Source: Bacteroidota bacterium
GTDB lineage: Bacteria; Bacteroidota; Ignavibacteria; UBA10030; SZUA-254
Length of the DNA: 40,547 bases
Direction: 5' to 3'
NCBI GenBank assembly: GCA_035292425.1
Contig: DATDQD010000096.1
Coordinates: 1 to 40,547 of the forward strand
Shown: piece after piece, positions 35,521 to 40,547 of the stretch
How the letters are laid out: each line of letters starts with the position of its first letter
Position numbering within the stretch: position 1 is the stretch's first letter
Notes under the pieces: model-generated
Seen by the model: only the letters and a program-made list of their open reading frames with translations
The model's database searches: none
What the model was told of the DNA's origin: nothing
Translations under genes and position numbers: made by a program

Positions 35521-36231
35521 ATGAAAAAAATGTTTGAACGGATCTTCCGAACCCAGGTGTGGCGCTCGATGTTCCGTCACGGTGTGCCGGACTCCAACCG
35601 CACACGCGCCGAAATGATATTCTATAATTTCTTCCTGCATGTCCACCCGACGAAGGTACGAAAGCGATCCGTGAGATTCGCCTACACGTGGGGACTCGGC
35701 GGAATATCAATGGGCTTGTTCATCGTTCTCACGCTCACCGGGGCGCTGCTGATGCTCTACTATCGTCCATCGGTACCGCAAGCGTATATGGACATGAAGG
35801 ACTTGGAATTCGTGGTTTCTTCCGGTCAATTCTTAAGGAACATGCACCGCTGGGCCGCGCATGCCATGGTAGCGGTTGTTTTTCTCCACATGCTTCGGGT
35901 CTTTTACACGGGTTCGTACCGCCCCCCGAAAGAATTCAATTGGGTCATCGGCGTTCTTCTTCTGGTCTCGACGATCCTCCTGAGCTACACCGGATACCTC
36001 TTACCGTGGGATCAACTATCGTTCTGGGGAATCTCCGTCGGAACCAACATGGTGAGAGCGATGCCGTTCGGGCTGGGGGAAAAGATTTCGTTTCTCCTGC
36101 TGGGCGGGAATGTCGTGGGTGAAAATGCGCTCGTAAGGTTTTACGTCCTGCACTGTTTCATCATCCCCCTGATAGCGGTGATACTGATGGGAATCCATTT
36201 TTGGAGAGTGCGGAAGGACGGCGGGGTATGA
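35521..36231 (+). CDS. Cytochrome b6-type (N-terminal, four-helix) cytochrome b subunit
   Basis: The helix B pair is H-x13-H ([15 protein letters not shown]) and the helix D pair is H-x14-H ([16 protein letters not shown]), which is the b6f/Bacillus-type spacing. [15 protein letters not shown] is also present. I chose the ATG at 35521 (AAGGG Shine-Dalgarno). The track ORF starts at TTG 35515. Confidence 0.88.
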   Translation: MKKMFERIFRTQVWRSMFRHGVPDSNRTRAEMIFYNFFLHVHPTKVRKRSVRFAYTWGLGGISMGLFIVLTLTGALLMLYYRPSVPQAYMDMKDLEFVVSSGQFLRNMHRWAAHAMVAVVFLHMLRVFYTGSYRPPKEFNWVIGVLLLVSTILLSYTGYLLPWDQLSFWGISVGTNMVRAMPFGLGEKISFLLLGGNVVGENALVRFYVLHCFIIPLIAVILMGIHFWRVRKDGGV

Positions 36232-36281
36232 CAGGATTATCACAAGCCGATCCCCGACGGTGGATCATCGAATGAGCGATC

Positions 36282-36980
36282 ATGGACAAAGATTTTACCA
36301 TCGACACGAGCCCCGACAGTAAAAAAACACCCAGGCGGATAGCGTTCGTCAAAAGTCGAACCGCAGCCCGGGTGAACATTGATGACGAAGAGATGGTGAT
36401 GACATTCCCCAATCTCGTCATCAAGGAGGTCATCGCCTTTCAAATCATGGTTATCATTCTTGCCGTCATATCGTTACTGGTGGATGCACCCCTGGAGTGG
36501 ATTGCAAATCCCGAACATACGCCGAACCCGGCAAAGGCACCATGGTATTTTCTCGGACTGCAGGAGCTGTTGCATTATTTCCCCCCCGTGGTAGGCGGTG
36601 TGATCCTCCCCGCGCTCGCAATCATCGCGTTGATCGTGATCCCATACTTTCGGATCAATATCAAACGCGAAGGTCTCTGGAAAAAACATAGGAAACGAAT
36701 GTTCATCGGCGTCATCGTAGTTGTTGGAATTTTATCGCTTGTCCTCGTCGCGTTCAAAGTGTTTTCCCTGCTGATCCCGACGCTGGCAGTTACCGCCATG
36801 ATGCTCATCCCGTATTTTTCCAGGAAAGAAGCCGGTCTCGTCGGCTGGCTTGGTTCCCGTCCCCTTTCATGGTGGATCATGACGTGGTTCATCATCATCG
36901 CCGTCGTTCTTACGACAATCGGTACACTGTTCCGGGGCCCGGAGTGGAGCTGGACGGTCCCCTGGGAAGGAATATATTGA
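36282..36980 (+). CDS. Cytochrome b C-terminal domain / subunit IV-like membrane protein (extended)
   Basis: NPAKAPWYFLGLQELLHYFPP matches the P(E/D)WY-type Qo-site motif of subunit IV / cytochrome b C-terminal domains. A ~50-aa hydrophilic N-terminal extension precedes about 5 hydrophobic helices. Confidence 0.8.
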   Translation: MDKDFTIDTSPDSKKTPRRIAFVKSRTAARVNIDDEEMVMTFPNLVIKEVIAFQIMVIILAVISLLVDAPLEWIANPEHTPNPAKAPWYFLGLQELLHYFPPVVGGVILPALAIIALIVIPYFRINIKREGLWKKHRKRMFIGVIVVVGILSLVLVAFKVFSLLIPTLAVTAMMLIPYFSRKEAGLVGWLGSRPLSWWIMTWFIIIAVVLTTIGTLFRGPEWSWTVPWEGIY

Positions 36981-36981
36981 G

Positions 36982-38925
36982 GTGCCGGGCCTTATGAAAT
37001 ATTTTGCGGCTTCGAGTCTGACGTTTCTGATCGTCCTTGCCATTGTGCCGGTCAAAGATTATTTCCGTGAGTGGAAGCGGTATCAATACGAATACAACGA
37101 TCTCATCAAGACGCTGCCGCAGCGCGTCAAACCGGCAGACATCGGCATCAAACAGCTCTGGGTGAGAAACCTTGAGAAAATTGATCGCTGCGTCACTTGT
37201 CACCTCGGTTTAAAGGAGGAAGCCCTGCGCGCATCACGTCAACCGTTCCGGACGCACCCCCACATCTACCACGACATTGAAGAGTTCGGCTGCACGATTT
37301 GTCACGAGGGTCAGGGTCTCTCGACGACATTCAAAGAATCCGTCGGCAGAGTGAAGTACTGGGACAGGCCCATCTTTCCACGCGAATTCATGGAGGCCTC
37401 ATGCGCCAAGTGTCATAAAGAAAAGCGGGTCCCACAAGCACCGATCCTCACGTCGGGTCGAAAGCTCATTGAAGAGTCCAACTGTGCGGGCTGCCACACG
37501 ATCGACGGTTACCCTAAACATTGGATTCCCGCTCTTGACGGTATAGGATCGAAGGTGAACCGGACCTGGCTGGTGAATTGGCTGAAGAACCCGAAAGCGT
37601 ATTTCGCCGGGACGAAAATGCCAAATTTCATGTTGTCGAATGAGGAATCAAATCTCCTGGCCGACTTTCTGATGACATTCACCAAATTTCCCGGGGGGGT
37701 TGTATTACATCCAGTCCCGATTCAACTGGCGGTTTCGACTGATGCAGAGAGAGAGAAGTCGATCGATCTCGGCTCGACACGATTTCGGGAAGCCCGCTGT
37801 ATCAGTTGTCATCCTGTTAACGGGAAAGGAGGATCCGGGGCGACCGATCTTGGTAAGGTCGCCGATAAGGTCGACATGAAATGGCTGTTTAATTATGTTC
37901 AGAGCCCCAAACGGCTTCAGCCGGGCGTCGAAATGCCGAGATACCGTTTTAACGAAAATGAGCTTGCCGGAGTTGTCGCCTACATGCAGAGTGAGTTCAC
38001 GGAAGGGGAAACAGGGGAAAATACGTCTTACGCGCGCGACCCGGCATTTTATGAAAAAGGTCTTGCATTGTACAAGAAATACAACTGCAGCGGATGCCAC
38101 CAACTCGGGGGGATGCTGAAAGCGGAAGAGATGGCGCCGGAACTCACCTTTGTCGGCGACAAGAAAATCTACGAGATTGATTTCGGCGAGTCGACAATCG
38201 GGCAATCGCTTCCCGCGTATCTCTTCACAAAACTCAAAGCCCCCCGTTCTTTCTCGTCCTCCATGAAGATGCCCAGCTATGAATTCAGCGACGAGGAGGC
38301 GCAGGCTGTCACAACGGCCTTACTCGGCAACATCAGTGACCAGTTACCCGGGGAATTCATCGTCCGTCCGGCTCAGGTCAGATCCTACCAACCTCAGGGA
38401 GAATTTGGCAAGTTGGTGGATGATCTGGCGTGTTTTGGATGTCACACGATGTTCGGGCGGGGCAGATTGATCGCAACCGATCTGACACTCGAAGCGAGCC
38501 AGGCTCAGAGAAAATGGATAGAAGATTACTTCAAAGTGCCGTATTCACTCCGACCGGTCTTGACTGATAGGATGCCGAACTTGTTCCTGTCGGAGTCAGA
38601 AATCAGGGTGCTGGTCGACTATATGGAACAGGTATTCCTTGCAGATAGCCTGGAGCGTCACATCGAGATCGATGAGACCAAAATCGCAAAAGGGGAAATC
38701 CTGTATTTCGAAAAGTACGGCTGTCATGCATGTCACCAGCTCAGACAGAAAGGCGGATATGTCGGCCCCCCCCTGGACAAGATCGGTTCCAGACTGAAAC
38801 CAAATTGGATTTTCCACTGGCTGAAAAACCCCCGGGCCTTTAAGCCGGAATCGATCGAGCCCGACAATCATTTATCGGATGAAGAGGCTGAGGCGCTAAC
38901 GGCGTTTCTCATGACGGTTCAGTGA
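36982..38925 (+). CDS. Membrane-anchored octahaem c-type cytochrome (3 closely spaced haems plus 5 class-I-like cytochrome c modules)
   Basis: Eight CXXCH motifs: CVTCH, CTICH, CAKCH, CAGCH, CISCH, CSGCH, CFGCH and CHACH. An N-terminal TM helix is present (YFAASSLTFLIVLAIVPV). Five repeated modules follow the pattern CxxCH...L..(I/V)G.K......W......P........MP...L...E...L..(F/Y)(L/M). The GTG start lies 1 nt after the previous stop. An alternative ATG is at 36994. Confidence 0.85.
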   Translation: MPGLMKYFAASSLTFLIVLAIVPVKDYFREWKRYQYEYNDLIKTLPQRVKPADIGIKQLWVRNLEKIDRCVTCHLGLKEEALRASRQPFRTHPHIYHDIEEFGCTICHEGQGLSTTFKESVGRVKYWDRPIFPREFMEASCAKCHKEKRVPQAPILTSGRKLIEESNCAGCHTIDGYPKHWIPALDGIGSKVNRTWLVNWLKNPKAYFAGTKMPNFMLSNEESNLLADFLMTFTKFPGGVVLHPVPIQLAVSTDAEREKSIDLGSTRFREARCISCHPVNGKGGSGATDLGKVADKVDMKWLFNYVQSPKRLQPGVEMPRYRFNENELAGVVAYMQSEFTEGETGENTSYARDPAFYEKGLALYKKYNCSGCHQLGGMLKAEEMAPELTFVGDKKIYEIDFGESTIGQSLPAYLFTKLKAPRSFSSSMKMPSYEFSDEEAQAVTTALLGNISDQLPGEFIVRPAQVRSYQPQGEFGKLVDDLACFGCHTMFGRGRLIATDLTLEASQAQRKWIEDYFKVPYSLRPVLTDRMPNLFLSESEIRVLVDYMEQVFLADSLERHIEIDETKIAKGEILYFEKYGCHACHQLRQKGGYVGPPLDKIGSRLKPNWIFHWLKNPRAFKPESIEPDNHLSDEEAEALTAFLMTVQ

Positions 38926-39441
38926 ATGAACGCATTTGAAATGTACTCCACGCCAATCAAAGCGGAGATTACGGGAGGTGTGCGACGCGATGTGCATGCA
39001 CAATTCGGCGATATGAAAATCTATCGTGGAATAACCCGTCTCAGAATAGTGCCAGCGGTCTGTTTATCATTGAGCATCGTATGTTGTTCAGAGAACCGTT
39101 CACATTCAGAGGACAAGACATCCGTAAAGGACTTGCGAACGTTGCTCACCTACGAGGAGCGACAAGGCAAACAACTTTATACTAAGTATTGCGCCGTCTG
39201 CCACGGTCAGGAAGGGAAAGGCGATGGTTTCAATGCCTTCAATTTGGACACGAAACCAAGGGATTTTACCGATTCCATCTACATGAACGCGCTGAGCGAT
39301 GAGAGACTGATCGAGACAATCAATGAGGGTGGAAGAGGTGTTAATCGATCTTCCCTCATGCCGTCGTGGAATGGAAGCTTGAAGAGTGTGGAAATAGATT
39401 ATGTCGTATCGTACATCCGCCGGTTCAGGTATTCAGATTGA
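38926..39441 (+). CDS. Monohaem class-I c-type cytochrome (probable lipoprotein or periplasmic)
   Basis: LYTKYCAVCHGQEGKGDG ... SSLMPSWNG (CXXCH plus a distal Met context). The ATG abuts the previous stop (TGAATG). An internal ATG at 39013 gives a cleaner signal/lipobox-like N-terminus (MKIYRGITRLRIVPAVCLSLSIVCCSE). Confidence 0.85.
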   Translation: MNAFEMYSTPIKAEITGGVRRDVHAQFGDMKIYRGITRLRIVPAVCLSLSIVCCSENRSHSEDKTSVKDLRTLLTYEERQGKQLYTKYCAVCHGQEGKGDGFNAFNLDTKPRDFTDSIYMNALSDERLIETINEGGRGVNRSSLMPSWNGSLKSVEIDYVVSYIRRFRYSD

Positions 39442-39535
39442 TGCATCATCACCCTCCCATATTCTCTGATAGTGATTGGTTCATCCACTTCATATATCGG
39501 CAGAAAATCATCGAAGGGTCATTAAACCTTACCGG

Positions 39536-39742
39536 TCATATTATTTCTCGTAGGACATTGAATCCGCGCGTGATCTGCCCCCGATCACCCTCCGCCCGGT
39601 AGCGTGCCGGCAACCGGTAGAGCTGACGGGTCCCCAGCCCCAGGGTGGTGGCAGCTTCGTCAACCGTGAGCCGACGGGCGTTCACCTGCCCGATCGACTT
39701 CAAGCGATCTCGTTCGTTGGCGCTCATCGTCAGTATGCGCAT
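39536..39742 (-). mobile_element. Remnant of an IS transposase gene (N-terminal HTH of ISNCY/rve-integrase-type transposases only)
   Basis: MSANERDRLKSIGQVNARRLTVDEAATTLGLGTRQLYRLPARYRAEGDRG resembles the conserved N-terminus (..E..RL.vi..v...rlt...AA..LGLS.RQv.RL..RYr.eG..GL) of about 450-aa transposases. Here the ORF stops after 68 codons and only about 95 nt remain before the next gene, so the catalytic domain is absent. Confidence 0.55.
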
Positions 39743-40083
39743 CTTTCCGGGTCTCCATCCTGTGGTGGAATGCCCGAAATTGCCACTTTATACGGACATT
39801 TCTATCGAGTCCAAAACCTGACATTTTTAAAGAGTTACGACACAGTTGGTATGCTTTCGGGGTCGCGGTATTGACTTTCTCAGGTATGGACCGTACCTTC
39901 CCAGTATCCGGTTTCTCATCGCTCATCATCCGGATATCGTAACTCCGAGCATTTCTCCTTCCCGGCCTGTGAGGCTGTGGAAATCCTGTCGGCACGCAGA
40001 TCTCCTTTCATGCGGGATCATCTTGTAACAGAGCTCATCCGGCCTCCCGGGACGGCGGACTGATCATCTCGAAAAAGTTCTTC

Positions 40084-40117
40084 TCATCATATATCATTTA
40101 TCATTCATCATATATCA
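40084..40117 (+). repeat. Two copies of a 13-nt direct repeat TCATCATATATCA, 21 nt apart, abutting the ribosome-binding site
   Basis: The copies are at 40084-40096 and 40105-40117. The second is immediately followed by an AGGAGG-type Shine-Dalgarno (GGAGG, 40118-40122), with the ATG at 40128. Confidence 0.6.
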
Positions 40118-40127
40118 GGAGGCTATC

Positions 40128-40547
40128 ATGAGAACATGCCTGTTGATTTTGTGTGTTCTACTCCCCTTCGCACCATCCTTCGCCCAGATGGATCCCGACT
40201 CCACCGAGCTCCTCTATACCGGCTATCTCATGGCCGACATGGAGACGCCCGTTGACCGGGACCTCACCGGACCGGAGCCCTATTTCTCACTCGTGGGCGA
40301 CACCGTCTATCCGGTCAGCGTGGTCCGAAACCACGCGTCGGCTCCACGGCTCGTCATCGTCCAATGCAATATCTTCAACGTCCTCGTCCCCTTCCCGCCT
40401 GTTTATACTGACAGCGACACGGTCATGATCGGGGCCATGACCGACCGGACCATCGTGCACGCCCCGTGGATCGATCCGCCCGGGCCGGGGATGGAGGGCG
40501 ACGCGCTCGAGTCGGGCACCTTCGGCGGTGAATGGCAAAAAGGAAAC
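40128..40547 (+). CDS. Secreted hypothetical protein, 3'-truncated at the window edge (absent from the supplied ORF track)
   Basis: My own translation of frame 3 gives MRTCLLILCVLLPFAPSFAQMDPDSTELLYTGYLMADMETPVDRDLTGPEPYFSLVGDTVYPVSVVRNHASAPRLVIVQCNIF..., open for 140 codons to the last base. It has a strong AGGAGG Shine-Dalgarno and a clear signal peptide. Confidence 0.6.
   Translation, partial: MRTCLLILCVLLPFAPSFAQMDPDSTELLYTGYLMADMETPVDRDLTGPEPYFSLVGDTVYPVSVVRNHASAPRLVIVQCNIFNVLVPFPPVYTDSDTVMIGAMTDRTIVHAPWIDPPGPGMEGDALESGTFGGEWQKGN

Noticed and set aside
39660-39995. 111-aa minus-strand ORF next to the transposase remnant
   Set aside because: It overlaps the HTH remnant in another frame. 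No motif is recognisable and no Shine-Dalgarno is present. It is probably non-coding IS-scar DNA.
40153-40538. Track ORFs 40153-40428 (+) and 40287-40538 (-)
   Set aside because: The sequences are Pro/Ser/Thr- or Arg/Asp-rich and overlap a better frame-3 ORF that has a Shine-Dalgarno and a signal peptide (40128 to the window end).
1-40547. A search by eye for CRISPR arrays, rRNA, tRNA and riboswitch-like leaders in every intergenic region
   Set aside because: No regularly spaced direct repeats were seen, no tRNA-like T-arm (GTTCGAATC-type) sequences, and no rRNA-like stretches. The intergenic regions are short except 19349-19630, 26202-26583, 30443-30688 and 39743-40127. These are treated above as promoter regions or IS scars.

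Overview
This is a 40.5-kb, GC-rich bacterial fragment. Four encoded proteins end in the NYPNPFNPST-type T9SS C-terminal sorting domain, which suggests an FCB-superphylum-like organism. I saw no rRNA, tRNA or CRISPR array. (i) 1-12.6 kb holds a 5'-truncated tricorn/S41-type peptidase, an AAA ATPase (DUF4143 type) and a PAP2 gene remnant. It also holds a co-directional minus-strand string (YihY/BrkB, DUF4965 glutaminase-like, MATE, two DUF3857/transglutaminase-like proteins), followed by a small RRM protein and a DUF1508/YegP-like protein. (ii) 12.6-25.3 kb is an island of four T9SS cargo genes, including a 1882-aa two-module beta-helix giant. (iii) 25.4-26.3 kb holds an overlapping small-protein plus nucleotidyltransferase-fold pair. 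(iv) 26.6-39.4 kb is the most interesting part. A sensor kinase and a sigma-54 NtrC-type activator sit upstream of a candidate palindromic UAS and a sigma-54 promoter. These appear to drive a CheY-like receiver, a Cyc2-like monohaem cytochrome-porin fusion, a cupredoxin and an NfnB/GltD-like FeS flavoprotein. The same string continues with a Tat-Rieske protein, split cytochrome b6 plus subunit IV, a membrane-anchored octahaem cytochrome c and a monohaem cytochrome c. I read this as a candidate outer-membrane-to-NAD(P) electron-transfer module (possibly Fe(II) oxidation with reverse or bifurcating electron flow, or the reverse direction). As far as I know this combination has not been described. 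(v) 39.5-40.5 kb holds a transposase HTH remnant and a 3'-truncated secreted-protein gene that is missing from the ORF track. All family names come from motif recognition by eye. No searches were run.
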